A stretch of DNA of 64,000 nucleotides, from the NCBI GenBank assembly GCA_965197475.1, contig CBDANF010000003.1:1472001-1536000 (forward strand), read 5' to 3'. A program made the position numbers and the translations under genes. Shown here piece by piece: positions 9,452 to 20,010 of this stretch. Below the pieces are notes generated by a model that made no database searches, was not told where the DNA came from, and worked only from the letters and a program-made list of their open reading frames with translations. Positions within the stretch are counted from its first letter, which is position 1. Each line of letters starts with the position of its first letter. The stretch comes from Candidatus Poribacteria bacterium (lineage in GTDB: Bacteria; Poribacteria; WGA-4E; WGA-3G).

Positions 9452-10585
9452 ATGTATTCATTTAGTTGTTTTTTTAAAGTGCTATCAAGGTGTTTTCTGT
9501 TAAGAAACCCATCCCTACTTTTTATACCTTTGTTCCTGATAATTACGGTGTTTGTCGCATGCACTAACACCGAAGATTTCGCGAACCCGCTTGACTCAGA
9601 AAACTTGCGTACGGCAGGAGCTCCTAAAAATCTCACGCTTTACCCCGGAGATAGGGAGGTGCGTTTGACCTGGACTGAAACCGGAACGGAAGGTATAAAG
9701 GCATACAAAATCTATCGACGTTTAACAGATAATCCTGATGCACCGTTTGAGTTAGTCGCAACAGTTGATGCACCCGCAAGTGAGTTTGTGGATACTCTGA
9801 ATATCGAAAACGATCTCCGAGATTCAGAAGGAAACGTGCTCGCGTATGAATATCGCATCTCATACATTGATATGAATGATGTTGAAACGCCAGATCCGGC
9901 TAACCCGCCAAACATTACAGATCAACCTCTACGTATCTGGCAGACAGCCACTACAACACCCAGTATCCCACCACCAGTTCCAGTTGTAACTATTGGAGAA
10001 CCAACTGATCTTGTAGTGTACCTATTTTGGGAAGATTATGTAATTCCACCCGATTTTTCTATGTTTAGAGTTGACGCAGCAAGAGATCCAGGTGATGGGC
10101 AACCACTTACTTTTAAGACTGTTGCAGAGCAAAAATCTGATCAACTCTACTATCTTGATGCCAATTTCATAGAGGACAATGTCAAAAGGGTGTATCGTGT
10201 TACCGCTATTGATGAATTTGGGGTAGAAGCAACTACCACTATTAGTGCGACCACCCCCAACCTACCGCCCACACCCCCAAAAAACTTTCAGGCACTCAAT
10301 GTCCGCCTTTCCCCTTTTAACTATAAGCACAATGTTATTTTTACGTGGACTGCCAATACAGAGCAGGACATTGATGGATACCAAATCTATACGAAAGATG
10401 CTGAAGATAATCTGCTGCCGCGTCTAAAAGTTAAGCGAGACAAAGATAATGCTATCATTTATGGCCAAGACCCGGTGGTAATTGATGGAGTTCCGTCTTA
10501 TAGAAGTTACTTCATTACCGCATTCGACAACACACCACGCCCTGATGGCGAGCTTGACGAAAGCGAAATGGTAGAAGCACAATAA
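9452..10585 (+). CDS. Lipoprotein with fibronectin type III-like domains
   Basis: Lipobox FVAC; APKNLT...VRLTW...YKIYR and PPTPPKNF...FTW...DGYQIY motifs. Confidence 0.75.
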   Translation: MYSFSCFFKVLSRCFLLRNPSLLFIPLFLIITVFVACTNTEDFANPLDSENLRTAGAPKNLTLYPGDREVRLTWTETGTEGIKAYKIYRRLTDNPDAPFELVATVDAPASEFVDTLNIENDLRDSEGNVLAYEYRISYIDMNDVETPDPANPPNITDQPLRIWQTATTTPSIPPPVPVVTIGEPTDLVVYLFWEDYVIPPDFSMFRVDAARDPGDGQPLTFKTVAEQKSDQLYYLDANFIEDNVKRVYRVTAIDEFGVEATTTISATTPNLPPTPPKNFQALNVRLSPFNYKHNVIFTWTANTEQDIDGYQIYTKDAEDNLLPRLKVKRDKDNAIIYGQDPVVIDGVPSYRSYFITAFDNTPRPDGELDESEMVEAQ

Positions 10586-10637
10586 GTTTTGTAACTCACA
10601 CAGATTGATAATTACTATAGCATAGAAAGGATAAACA

Positions 10638-11588
10638 ATGTACCTTAAAAACCGAATCGTTTTTGGAATCATTTGCGTTCTCGTCACAGTTAGTTTCCCG
10701 ATTTTCGCACAATCACCACCGATTCCACAACTGACCACTATCCCAACCGCAGAACCGATGGGCAAAGGGGGCTCTTCCACGTCTTTTGGATTGTTCCAGC
10801 ATATCGATTCAATCCCGGAGGACGAGAAGGATGCTAAAATTCAGAATGTCAACATCGGAGGATTTGAAGAACGCCACCCCGTCTCACTCAAAATTGAGAC
10901 ATTTCTCATACCTGTCCGATTTACCTACGGCTTAAGTGATCAACTTGATCTGAAACTCGGTGCAACGCTCTCTACAGGTGGCGTGAAGAAAGTGGTTCAC
11001 GATTTCTATAACATAGGAGACCCGCTCCTTGAGTCAAACCGGGTTTACGAACAACCGCTCTATGATGGACTGATCGGTCTCAAATATAACATAAAGCCTG
11101 ATCTAAACGATGGATTTCCGAGTATCTCTATCGGTGGAGATGTCTATTCAGGATTCACCGCAGACGACCGCCCCAATTCTGCTGGTGAATTTCTTGACCA
11201 CAGTCCGATTGATGGCTTTCCATTTGTCGGTATCAACACCTATTTTGTCGGCACACAAAAAATCGCCAGATATCTTAAAATCCATGCGGGAGCTGGGATT
11301 TTGTTATCCTCAAAAACACTCAGAACGACTGACTTCTTTACGCTCAATTGGCAGGCCGGTGGCGAATTAGCTTTATCAGACAGCATGTGGTTCGCAGCCG
11401 ATTTTTCCCGTGAACTCCAATATGCAGGACTGAACGTCTCAAATATTATAGGTCTCGCATTTCGTTATGAAGTTTCCAATACGTTAGCATTCCAAATCGG
11501 AATCAACAACCTGCCAGGGGTTCAGTTTAATCTGACGTTAGGCGGCGAAAAGGCGAAGGAAATGGAAGAGAATAAGCTGCTATTTTAG
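10638..11588 (+). CDS. Putative outer-membrane beta-barrel protein
   Basis: Signal peptide; alternating amphipathic strands (FTYGLSDQLDLKLG, GLKYNI, AFRYEV). Confidence 0.6.
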   Translation: MYLKNRIVFGIICVLVTVSFPIFAQSPPIPQLTTIPTAEPMGKGGSSTSFGLFQHIDSIPEDEKDAKIQNVNIGGFEERHPVSLKIETFLIPVRFTYGLSDQLDLKLGATLSTGGVKKVVHDFYNIGDPLLESNRVYEQPLYDGLIGLKYNIKPDLNDGFPSISIGGDVYSGFTADDRPNSAGEFLDHSPIDGFPFVGINTYFVGTQKIARYLKIHAGAGILLSSKTLRTTDFFTLNWQAGGELALSDSMWFAADFSRELQYAGLNVSNIIGLAFRYEVSNTLAFQIGINNLPGVQFNLTLGGEKAKEMEENKLLF

Positions 11589-11701
11589 CGTCTTCCTACG
11601 TGTAGAAAAGACTACCCTGTGTCAATTTAAGGCATGGTCTCCACCGAATGCTGCGAGCGCATTCGGTGGAGACTTGTTGCCTCATCCCTATAAAAAAGTT
11701 A

Positions 11702-12151
11702 ATGAGAGCTGTTATCCAACGTGTAAAATCAGCAAGTGTGAAGGTAGAAGGTGAACTCGTTTCTGAAATTGGAGCGGGATTACTTATATTCCTTGGCATT
11801 GCGCATGACGATACCGAAGCAGAATTAGGCTATATTGCGAATAAGGTCGCGAATCTACGTATCTTTGAGGATGCGGATGGCAAAATGAACTGTTCACTCC
11901 TTGAAACCGGCGGTTCAGCACTTGTCGTCTCACAATTTACACTCTACGGTGATTGCCGCAAAGGGCGACGACCGAGTTTTATCAATGCTGCGCGTCCAGA
12001 AGTAGCAAACGCCCTTTATGAACAGTTCATCACCGCCTTAAAACAACTGGACATCCCTACACAAGGTGGTACCTTTCAAGCAATGATGGACGTGCAACTG
12101 ATTAATGACGGCCCGGTTACCATTCTGTTAGACAGCGATAAGCAGTTTTGA
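11702..12151 (+). CDS. dtd: D-aminoacyl-tRNA deacylase
   Basis: [25 protein letters not shown]. Confidence 0.97.
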   Translation: MRAVIQRVKSASVKVEGELVSEIGAGLLIFLGIAHDDTEAELGYIANKVANLRIFEDADGKMNCSLLETGGSALVVSQFTLYGDCRKGRRPSFINAARPEVANALYEQFITALKQLDIPTQGGTFQAMMDVQLINDGPVTILLDSDKQF

Positions 12152-12191
12152 ACTGGAATATGAAAGCGATGCACTTATAGTGTAAAATAAA

Positions 12192-13007
12192 ATGGAACAT
12201 TCTGAGAACATTGATACTATCAAACTTGGGGACTGCATTGAGTTGATGTCCGAAATACCGGATGAGTGTGTTGATCTCGTCATAACAGATCCGCCATTTG
12301 CCATTGACTTTAAAGCAACTCGACACAACTACAACCGAACAGGCAGTCGCGTTCTTCAAGGTTACAACGAAATTGAAGGACACGACTATTTTGCCTTTAC
12401 GCTTGAGTGGCTTTCACAAGCGACAAGAGTGCTAAAAGATTCTGGCAGTATGTATATCTTCTCAGGTTGGAATTACCTCAAAGACCTTTTGATAGCAATT
12501 GATGAATGTGGTCTCACGACAGTTAATCACCTCATTTGGAAATATCAGTTTGGAGTTGTCACCAAGCGTAAATACGTTACTTCTCACTACCACTGCCTCT
12601 TTTTATGTAAAGACGACAAAAAACGGCAATTTTATCCTTTCCATCGCTTTGAAAAAGATGCAAAGACCGAAACCGGAGGCTCCGCACACTACAAAGACAA
12701 GGAAGATGTCTGGGAAATCAAGAGGGAATATTGGCAGGGTGCCGTGAAAACACCCACAAAATTGCCAGCTGAACTCATTGAAAAAATTCTTGATTACTCA
12801 AGTCAGAAAGGTGATGTTGTTTTAGATCCTTTTTTGGGTTCTGGGCAGGTTGCTGTTGTCAGCAAAATGAAGGGGCGGCATTACATAGGTTTTGAGATCG
12901 TTCCTGCATATTATGAATTTGCACGCGAACGGCTTGAGTCGGGGAAATATCTAATTCATAAAACGGAAGATGAACCCTCATGGGATTTGTTCAGAGAGGA
13001 AGAATAA
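12192..13007 (+). CDS. Amino (N6/N4) DNA methyltransferase, beta class
   Basis: DPPF catalytic motif precedes DPFLGSG SAM-binding motif. Confidence 0.9.
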   Translation: MEHSENIDTIKLGDCIELMSEIPDECVDLVITDPPFAIDFKATRHNYNRTGSRVLQGYNEIEGHDYFAFTLEWLSQATRVLKDSGSMYIFSGWNYLKDLLIAIDECGLTTVNHLIWKYQFGVVTKRKYVTSHYHCLFLCKDDKKRQFYPFHRFEKDAKTETGGSAHYKDKEDVWEIKREYWQGAVKTPTKLPAELIEKILDYSSQKGDVVLDPFLGSGQVAVVSKMKGRHYIGFEIVPAYYEFARERLESGKYLIHKTEDEPSWDLFREEE

Positions 13008-13013
13008 TTTATA

Positions 13014-13679
13014 ATGTTAGAACAAAAGATCGTGGACACGGTTAAGAAATTGCAAATTGCCTCGCGAAACATACCAAAAATTTGGGATGGTAGAAACTCT
13101 ATCATTGAAATGAAAGATGCAGGATCAAAGCAGTGGAGGCAAATGGAATGGATGGGGTTTTACTTTGAATTTTTGTGTCAAAAAAATTTTGCTAACATCA
13201 TTGATATGCCCGGAAAAAAGTATGGCAATACAGAGCTTGACGCATTTAGTGGAATTTCATGGGACTTTAAAGCACATGCAGCTAATACGACAAACCATAC
13301 GGTCATTACAAATGATGCGGAAGCAATTGCAAACACGATAGATGATTACGATTACTACGGATTAATTCTTGCAATAGGTGAAGTAGAGTACAATGACGAA
13401 GAAAGAACCTTCAAAAAATGGCATGATGAACTGAAAGAGGGAATCAGCAAATATGAAGTGAACCGAATAAACAGAGGAGCGATGTCACGAAGACGTAAAA
13501 CAGAGTTTGTTTTGTCGGAAATCCACTTTATCTGTTTTGAGACTGAAACACTAAGTCTATGTTGTGGTTCATTTCAGAAAGGTTTTAGAAATGCCGACGG
13601 TAGTCCAAGACGCGAGAAAATCACGGTAAATATCCGCAAAATTCCAGATGCAGCCCTAATTGCCACTGAGGAATTTTAG
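13014..13679 (+). CDS. Probable type II restriction endonuclease
   Basis: Starts 6 bp after the MTase; GFYFE...ELDAF...WDFK fits a PD-(D/E)XK core. Confidence 0.65.
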   Translation: MLEQKIVDTVKKLQIASRNIPKIWDGRNSIIEMKDAGSKQWRQMEWMGFYFEFLCQKNFANIIDMPGKKYGNTELDAFSGISWDFKAHAANTTNHTVITNDAEAIANTIDDYDYYGLILAIGEVEYNDEERTFKKWHDELKEGISKYEVNRINRGAMSRRRKTEFVLSEIHFICFETETLSLCCGSFQKGFRNADGSPRREKITVNIRKIPDAALIATEEF

Positions 13680-13704
13680 AAAATAGGATTTTTCAAATTG
13701 CAAA

Positions 13705-13730
13705 GTAGGCGCGCTTACAAAGCGCGCCTA
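13705..13730. repeat. REP-like palindrome (GTAG class)
   Basis: GTAGGCGCGCTTACAAAGCGCGCCTA; related copies at ~13787-13807 and ~17268-17290. Confidence 0.7.
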
Positions 13731-13744
13731 TCAACTTTATGTAA

Positions 13745-13996
13745 TACCAAATTAACGGGATTAGTCTTATTTTTCTGGGCAGACTGCGCGCTTACAAGCG
13801 CGCCTACCGAGTGGGATCAAGTTAATTTGGTATAATACCCAATTAACGCTTTTTTATTGTGATATCTCTATGCATTGCAAGGGACATTTTCAGAAAGTTC
13901 TAATCAGGTTAATAAGGATGGACTCAAAACCCAAATCAGACAAGATGTCAATCAGTTACAGACGAAATAATGCAATACAATCTCTTAGAAATGGTA
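13745..13996. mobile_element. Two tandem MITE family A copies (13745-13832 and degenerate 13836-13996)
   Basis: TAA|TACCAAATTAAC...GTTAATTTGGTA|TAA|TACCCAATTAAC...TTAGAAATGGTA|TAA. Confidence 0.75.
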
Positions 13997-14224
13997 TAAT
14001 ATACTATTTGAGTTTGAATATATGTTTATTAGGATGATATCCCATGCGCGATAAAAATTAAGTAAATTTATACAGTCAAAACGCATTTTCATGATGTTAT
14101 ACCCTTTTTGATGTGATTATCATTAGGGACCAGACGATTGTAAGAAATATCAGTAACTTTAATGTGAAAAAACGGGAAAACGGTGATAGTGAGTGGTTGA
14201 GAAAGCACAATTGAAATTTCCAAT

Positions 14225-14956
14225 CTATAGCAAATTAACATAGTTGCAAAGGTCTCGGAGTGCAATGACATTATAACCATTTTCGGCAAGATAAGCCATA
14301 TAGGCTTCAAATGCTTCAGGTTCCGTATGAACCCATGGATGTTCCAGATCGGGAACACCGTGAAATGTCAGAACAGGAATATTTCCTTCTGTTGCTTGTG
14401 CAAGTGCCCACGTGAAATCATCAAAATTCCAATTCGGTCCCGAAGCACCTGTCGTTGGAATCAAAAGTGGATGATGAACTGTCGGATTATAAACAGGACC
14501 CCGACCCCCTTCAGAGTTGTAGGAAAACTCAGGAGCAACGCCACGACGGGCAAAATGGAAACCGTGTTCATCCAGAACCCTGACTGCCGCTTCATTATGA
14601 TTGTAACCTGGATAACAAAAGGTTGTCGGACGTGAGATGCCATATTCTTCACAACGTGCATCAATATGCTGTAGATCGTCTTTCAACTCTTGGTCTGATT
14701 GTTGCGTAACGTTTCGGTGATGGTGGGTGTGGTTCCCGATTTCAAACCCAGTATCATGTAATCCACGTACCTCTTCCCATGTCATATAGGCTTCTTTATT
14801 GTTCAGAAAGCCAAGACCTTCAGTAATATAGAAAGTTGCACCGAAGCCGTACCTTGTCAAGATTGGTGCTGCAAAGGTTGCTTGCGATTTACATCCATCA
14901 TCAAACGTGAGGACAACAAGTTTATCTGGTATCGGTTTGTGTGAAATCTGAGTCAT
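14225..14956 (-). CDS. Polysaccharide deacetylase (NodB/CE4) family protein
   Basis: VLTFDDG, ATFYI, EIGNHTHHH, FCYPG, LTFHG. Confidence 0.9.
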   Translation of the reverse strand: MTQISHKPIPDKLVVLTFDDGCKSQATFAAPILTRYGFGATFYITEGLGFLNNKEAYMTWEEVRGLHDTGFEIGNHTHHHRNVTQQSDQELKDDLQHIDARCEEYGISRPTTFCYPGYNHNEAAVRVLDEHGFHFARRGVAPEFSYNSEGGRGPVYNPTVHHPLLIPTTGASGPNWNFDDFTWALAQATEGNIPVLTFHGVPDLEHPWVHTEPEAFEAYMAYLAENGYNVIALRDLCNYVNLL

Positions 14957-15123
14957 ATTGGTAAAACTACCTGTTCAAGAAGTTTAGGATGTCAACACTA
15001 TCTCAAATACCACATTATTATACATCAGAGAATTGTGTAGGTCAAGCAAAACCTTATTAAAGAATAATAATTTTCTTGACAAAATTGAGGTGCGATTGTA
15101 AGATGGAATTGGAGGTGAAAACT

Positions 15124-16116
15124 ATGATTGATCGACGTGAATTTCTAAAGTCAATTGCAGGTTTGACAACGGGAATCCTTCTATCTTCAGGAGGTGTAGA
15201 GGGTCAGGAATCGAAACCTTCAAGCGACCGTTTAGGGACACTCCTACCGATGCGAAAATTCGGCAGAACAGATGAAGCTATAACAATGCTGGGAGTCGGT
15301 GGTTGGCACATTGGTGATATGGAAGAAGCTGAAGCACAAAAGACAATTGAGACCGCTCTTGAAGGTGGTGTCCGTTTCTTTGATTCCGCGGAATCCTACC
15401 AAGCTGGCGGAAGTGAGAAACGCTTAGGAAAATTGCTTATTCCAAAATATCGCGATGATGTTTTTGTCATGAGTAAGACAACTGCACGTGATGCCGAAAC
15501 TGCCAGAAAACATCTTGAAGGTTCACTGAAACGCCTCAATACCGAGCGGCTTGACCTCTGGCAGGTACACGCTGTCCGTAACCCTGCAGATGTAGATGAG
15601 AGGATTGATAAAAAGGTTTTTGATGTGATGGTTGAAGCAAAGGAATCCGGGAAAACCCGTTTTATTGGGTTTACAGGACATACGAGCCCGTCTGCACATC
15701 AACGTGTATTAGAGAAATCCAGCATTTTTGATGCTTGTCAACTGCCAGTAAACCTTGCCGACATGAGTTACGAAAGTTTTATTGAGGGCGTAATTCCTAA
15801 GCTTGTTGAGCGGAACATAGGCGTAATTGGAATGAAATCATTAGCAAATGGAGGCTTCTTCGGTGGTTCTAAACATGGCAAACACGGTCCAAACCCAAGA
15901 GTCGTCCCGAATTGGGTAAGTATTCCAGAAGCCCTCCGTTTTGTCTGGTCATTCCCTGTCAGCACGCTTGTCACCGGTCCTGATAATGCAGTACAGATGC
16001 AAGAAAAAATTGATATCGCCAGGGCTTTCTCTGGCATGAATGAGACTGAACGGAAAAAACTGATAGATAAAGTTGCGGACATGGCTGGCACAAAAGTTGA
16101 ATTCTACAAAGCATAA
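15124..16116 (+). CDS. Tat-exported aldo/keto reductase
   Basis: DRREFLK twin-arginine signal; FFDSAESY, SKT, SLKRLNTERLDLWQVH. Confidence 0.9.
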   Translation: MIDRREFLKSIAGLTTGILLSSGGVEGQESKPSSDRLGTLLPMRKFGRTDEAITMLGVGGWHIGDMEEAEAQKTIETALEGGVRFFDSAESYQAGGSEKRLGKLLIPKYRDDVFVMSKTTARDAETARKHLEGSLKRLNTERLDLWQVHAVRNPADVDERIDKKVFDVMVEAKESGKTRFIGFTGHTSPSAHQRVLEKSSIFDACQLPVNLADMSYESFIEGVIPKLVERNIGVIGMKSLANGGFFGGSKHGKHGPNPRVVPNWVSIPEALRFVWSFPVSTLVTGPDNAVQMQEKIDIARAFSGMNETERKKLIDKVADMAGTKVEFYKA

Positions 16117-16238
16117 TAGTCTTGATGAATTTCTGTTTTCCGTTGATACAAGTTTTTCGTGAAATTTGACCTGTTACTCCAATAATATAATTCTCTTAGT
16201 ACTTACGAAATTTTCACAATTTATCAATAAACTATTTC

Positions 16239-17224
16239 GGCTCATGTAAAAAGTAAGTGCTATTTTTTCAAAGTTATGTTAGCGTGTTACCTATGGACTT
16301 TCCAATACAATCTCTCCTGGATGAAGAAAAAACTCAAGCGTGGGTGTTGGATCATTTCCACCCTCAAGGGCTGTGTTGCCCAAAATGCCAAGCGAGCGTG
16401 GCGGAGGCACGCAAGTTCCGTCCGACTGAAACAAGTGGTCTACAAGTGTATCGCTGCAAACACTGTGAGAGCATCTACAACCTCTATACCGGGACGGTCT
16501 TTGCTGGCACGCAGTTTCGTCCCTCACAGGTCGTTCTGCTTTTGCGCGGTGTCTGTCAAGGTGTTTCAAGTGCACAACTCGGGTGTGAACTGGGTCTAAG
16601 TCGTCAAACCGTTCTTTCTATAAGACGTAAACTCCAAACTTCGGCAGAGCAGATACAACCCGAAGCTGCTTTACCTGATACTGAAGTCGAAACAGATGAG
16701 ATGTTTCAAAACGCCGGTGAAAAAGGCGATAAGCACGTTGATGCTTCGGATCCGCCGCGTCGGCGTGGCAATAAACGCAGGGGACATGGGACTTATGACA
16801 ATGATCGTCCGCCTATTGTTGGGACGAAAGGTCGCGAAAGCGGTCTCCTGAGATTACGTGTTGTGCGGCACACCGATTCTGCGACGCTTTCAACACACGT
16901 TCATCAGTGGACGTTGCCGACTTCAACGGTGTATACGGATGGTTGGCGTGGCTATAACCGTATTCAGCGCGCCCGTGAGATTGTTCTCCATAAGGATGGC
17001 GAGTGGGCAAGAGACGCAGACGGTGATGGTCTTTACGAGATCCATACAAGGACGATTGAAGGTGCCTGGACGACGCTGCGAAACTTCCTTCGTCCCTTTC
17101 GTGGCGTTCATAAAAAGTTCCTCGCCGGTTACGTCGCAATCTGTGAGTTCGTCATGAATCTAAAAGCTGTCAGTGTTGATTTTATAGCAAAACTTGTCAA
17201 AAGCACTTACTCTTGACATGAGCG
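16239..17224 (+). mobile_element. IS1595-family (ISXO2-like) insertion sequence, copy 1
   Basis: TIRs GGCTCATGTAAAAAGTAAGTGC / GCACTTACTCTTGACATGAGCG; 8-bp target duplication ACTATTTC (16231-16238, 17225-17232). Confidence 0.95.
16293..17216 (+). CDS. IS1595-family transposase
   Basis: CPKC...CKHC zinc ribbon, HTH, ETDE, YTDGW, HTRTIEG. Confidence 0.92.
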   Translation: MDFPIQSLLDEEKTQAWVLDHFHPQGLCCPKCQASVAEARKFRPTETSGLQVYRCKHCESIYNLYTGTVFAGTQFRPSQVVLLLRGVCQGVSSAQLGCELGLSRQTVLSIRRKLQTSAEQIQPEAALPDTEVETDEMFQNAGEKGDKHVDASDPPRRRGNKRRGHGTYDNDRPPIVGTKGRESGLLRLRVVRHTDSATLSTHVHQWTLPTSTVYTDGWRGYNRIQRAREIVLHKDGEWARDADGDGLYEIHTRTIEGAWTTLRNFLRPFRGVHKKFLAGYVAICEFVMNLKAVSVDFIAKLVKSTYS

Positions 17225-17327
17225 ACTATTTCTTGGTAGCTGTGATTTTCACCACGACTTTTGGGAAGGCGCGCTTACAAAGCCGCCTACTGCAATGCGT
17301 AAGTCGTGTTCCTCACGGGGACAAAAG

Positions 17328-18155
17328 ATGCGTCAGTTTTTTTATTTTACACTACTGATAACAGTTCTTTGTGGTTTAGCTAATAGCGCGAATGCTGCGA
17401 ATATTGAAGATGGTCTCTGGATGTATCTACCTTTGAACGAGGGAAAAGGTGAAAAAGTTCGAGACCACGGACCCCACAAATTTGAAACGGAACTAAGTCC
17501 GGAAATTCCTAAATGGGTTGAGGCAAAGCATGACATCATCAAAGATGCGATGGAATTTAATGGAAAAACAAACTATGTGAAAATTGACATGGAGAGTCAA
17601 GGGCATGACATTGACTCTCATTTTGACGAAAAGAGAGGTCTTACAATCTGTGCTTGGGTGAAAGTGGTGGCAACAGCAGTTGATGAACATGGGCAAACGC
17701 GCCAACCAATAGTTATTAAAGGCTTCCATGATGTATGGGAATTCGCTCTTTACATATACGACGACTTCGGCGCGGGTTTGTCGGTTTGGAACTGTGCAGG
17801 TGGTGGTGTTGCTGAAACGAGTAGTCCAGAAGCTGCGCCGCAGGGAACTTGGATCCACCAATGTGGCACTTTTAAAATAAAGGAAGGCTCCCGTGTTTAT
17901 GTCAACGGCAACAAAGATCCGGTTGCACAAACAGTTGATAATGGGATGATACCTTGTGAAACAGGAACACGACCTGTTTTTATAGCACACCGCGAGGATG
18001 GGCAGTGGTTGAACGCTGTAATTGCTGAAGTCTATATATGGGACAGAGTGATTGATATTGATGAGATGAATCTTGCTATGAAAACAATCGGCAGGTTAGC
18101 CGTTCAACCGGGCGGTAAACTGACCACTACTTGGGGCAACGTCAAACGCAGATAA
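17328..18155 (+). CDS. Secreted LamG/concanavalin A-like domain protein with a C-terminal GKLTTTWG motif
   Basis: Signal peptide; LTICAWVK, WIHQCGT, RVYVNG, IAEVYIWDR; ends LAVQPGGKLTTTWGNVKRR. Confidence 0.85.
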   Translation: MRQFFYFTLLITVLCGLANSANAANIEDGLWMYLPLNEGKGEKVRDHGPHKFETELSPEIPKWVEAKHDIIKDAMEFNGKTNYVKIDMESQGHDIDSHFDEKRGLTICAWVKVVATAVDEHGQTRQPIVIKGFHDVWEFALYIYDDFGAGLSVWNCAGGGVAETSSPEAAPQGTWIHQCGTFKIKEGSRVYVNGNKDPVAQTVDNGMIPCETGTRPVFIAHREDGQWLNAVIAEVYIWDRVIDIDEMNLAMKTIGRLAVQPGGKLTTTWGNVKRR

Positions 18156-18301
18156 ACATGATAGTCTATCTCATTAATCATTTGTAAGGCAGAATCAACA
18201 CTGAATGCGCGTTTAACATTCAGCGGGTTTCTGTGCCCGCTAATGCCACACGTGTATTCGGCGATGATTCAAAAGAAACTCCTCCGAAAACTGACAACCC
18301 C

Positions 18302-19765
18302 TTAAAAATCAAACAACGTCGGCTGCATCTGTTTGCCTGTCCACGGATTCGCAAGCGATGGCAATTTCAAAATCCGATTCGGGTTTTGATCAAAACGGAA
18401 ATACTCTTCAACCGAAAAGCACTGGATAGGCGGATACTCAGACGCACCGATCTTGACCGGATCTAAAGTATGCCTCCAATTCCGTTGCGCGGTTTGTGCA
18501 TTGAGCGTGATTAGAATACCCATCGCAGCGTTTTCGTTACGGATATTTGCATGGAGTCGATCATACTTAGCTTTCTGTGGTCCAGAAGCACCGGTGACCT
18601 GCACGATAATCGCTTTACGATCCATGTTATCGGGCTTATTGAACAGCATCCCGAACCCGTCGACACCATCGTCGCCGACTTTTTTTGGATTGGCAGCGAA
18701 CCCATCAATAAGCGAAACCGCCCAGTCTTGAAATTTGAAATGGTCAGATTTGACTAACTGTCTTGCTGTCTCCATATCAACAGGAATACCCTACATCGAA
18801 AAATCTTCTCTACCATGCGGTTTGATGCGATGTTCATTGATTAAACGGAGCGCGAACGGAAGAATGTCAATACCAATTACATTACGTTGATTGATAAGGG
18901 CAGCTTCAACCGTTGTACCGCACCCTGCAAACGGGTCGAGCACAAGATCGCCAGGGTTGGAGGAGGCTTTGATGATACGGTCATAGAGTTTGATCGGTTT
19001 TTGCGTAGGATAATCGAGGCGTTCTTTTGCCATTGCGTTGATAATAGGAATATCCCAAACATCACGCATCCTCTGATGCGTTCTCATATATTGTCTGTGA
19101 ATACTCCCATCTTTGTGACGTATCTCTTTATATCTTCCTTTCTCATCTTCACGGGTGTACTTACTTTTAGAAAAATCACTTATAGGTTCGTTACTACCAT
19201 CATCACTAAAAAACGAATCTTTAGATTTTGCATAAAATAAGATCGTATCATGTTTTCTCTTGAAGGCATTACGAGGTTGTCCTGTTCCTTGATAAGACCA
19301 AATAATCTCATTTCGATAGTTTTCTTCACCAAAAATCGCATCTAAAATGAGTTTCAGATAATGGCTTGCATACGGATCGCAATGCAGATAGATGCTACCG
19401 GTATCTTTCAAAATGCGGTGCATCACAAACAACCGCTCTGCCATATAAGAAGTATACGACAACATCTTGCTCTGCGGGATAAACCCTTCAAACCCAGCAA
19501 TTACTTTTGATGCAGGGTTTGCCACAGCATTTTTGAGGCGTTGCACGCGTTCTGCCGATTGGTCGTCCCAGTGCCACACATCGTCAAAAGCTTTGATTTG
19601 TGCTTCGGTTTTCAAACCAGAGTTCTTAAAAATGTTATTATATCTGCGGTCGGAGTTAAAGGGTGGGTCCAGGCAGATAAGGTCAACGCTTTTTTCGGGG
19701 AAGTCTGCCATGATGTCAAGGCAGTCGCCGTAGTATAATGTGTTCGGTTCAAATTTTATGTTCAT
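18302..19765 (-). pseudogene. DNA methyltransferase fused to an Mrr-like nuclease domain, split by an in-frame TAG
   Basis: DPPF, YPTQKP, DPFAGCGT; TAG at 18791-18793 followed in frame by GIPVD-METARQL...FQDWA...DDGVDG...VQV. Confidence 0.8.
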
Positions 19766-20010
19766 GGGAGTTGTGTTTTTACTTCACGTAAACCTTCACC
19801 CTTAAAGATAATATTTCGAAGTGAATTATCGTCTGGAATCGTGTTGTATGCTTCAGTTGCTAAATGTATGGCAGTATATTCTGCAATAAGGGTAAACTTT
19901 TGAAATACTATTAATATTGAATTACCACATAGTTTTGCATCAAGTATTAAATTATCGTCTCTTATATGGACTATAACTGAATTATCGTCTCTTATTTGTA
20001 CTGTGAACAT
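19762..20010 (-). CDS. Small hypothetical protein overlapping the MTase start
   Basis: ATGA overlap at 19762-19765; AAGGA RBS; internal IRDDN duplication. Confidence 0.45.
   Translation of the reverse strand: MFTVQIRDDNSVIVHIRDDNLILDAKLCGNSILIVFQKFTLIAEYTAIHLATEAYNTIPDDNSLRNIIFKGEGLREVKTQLP

Noticed and set aside
18791-18793. Pyrrolysine or programmed amber readthrough
   Set aside because: No pyl genes here and TAG is used as a normal stop by many genes; a nonsense mutation is simpler
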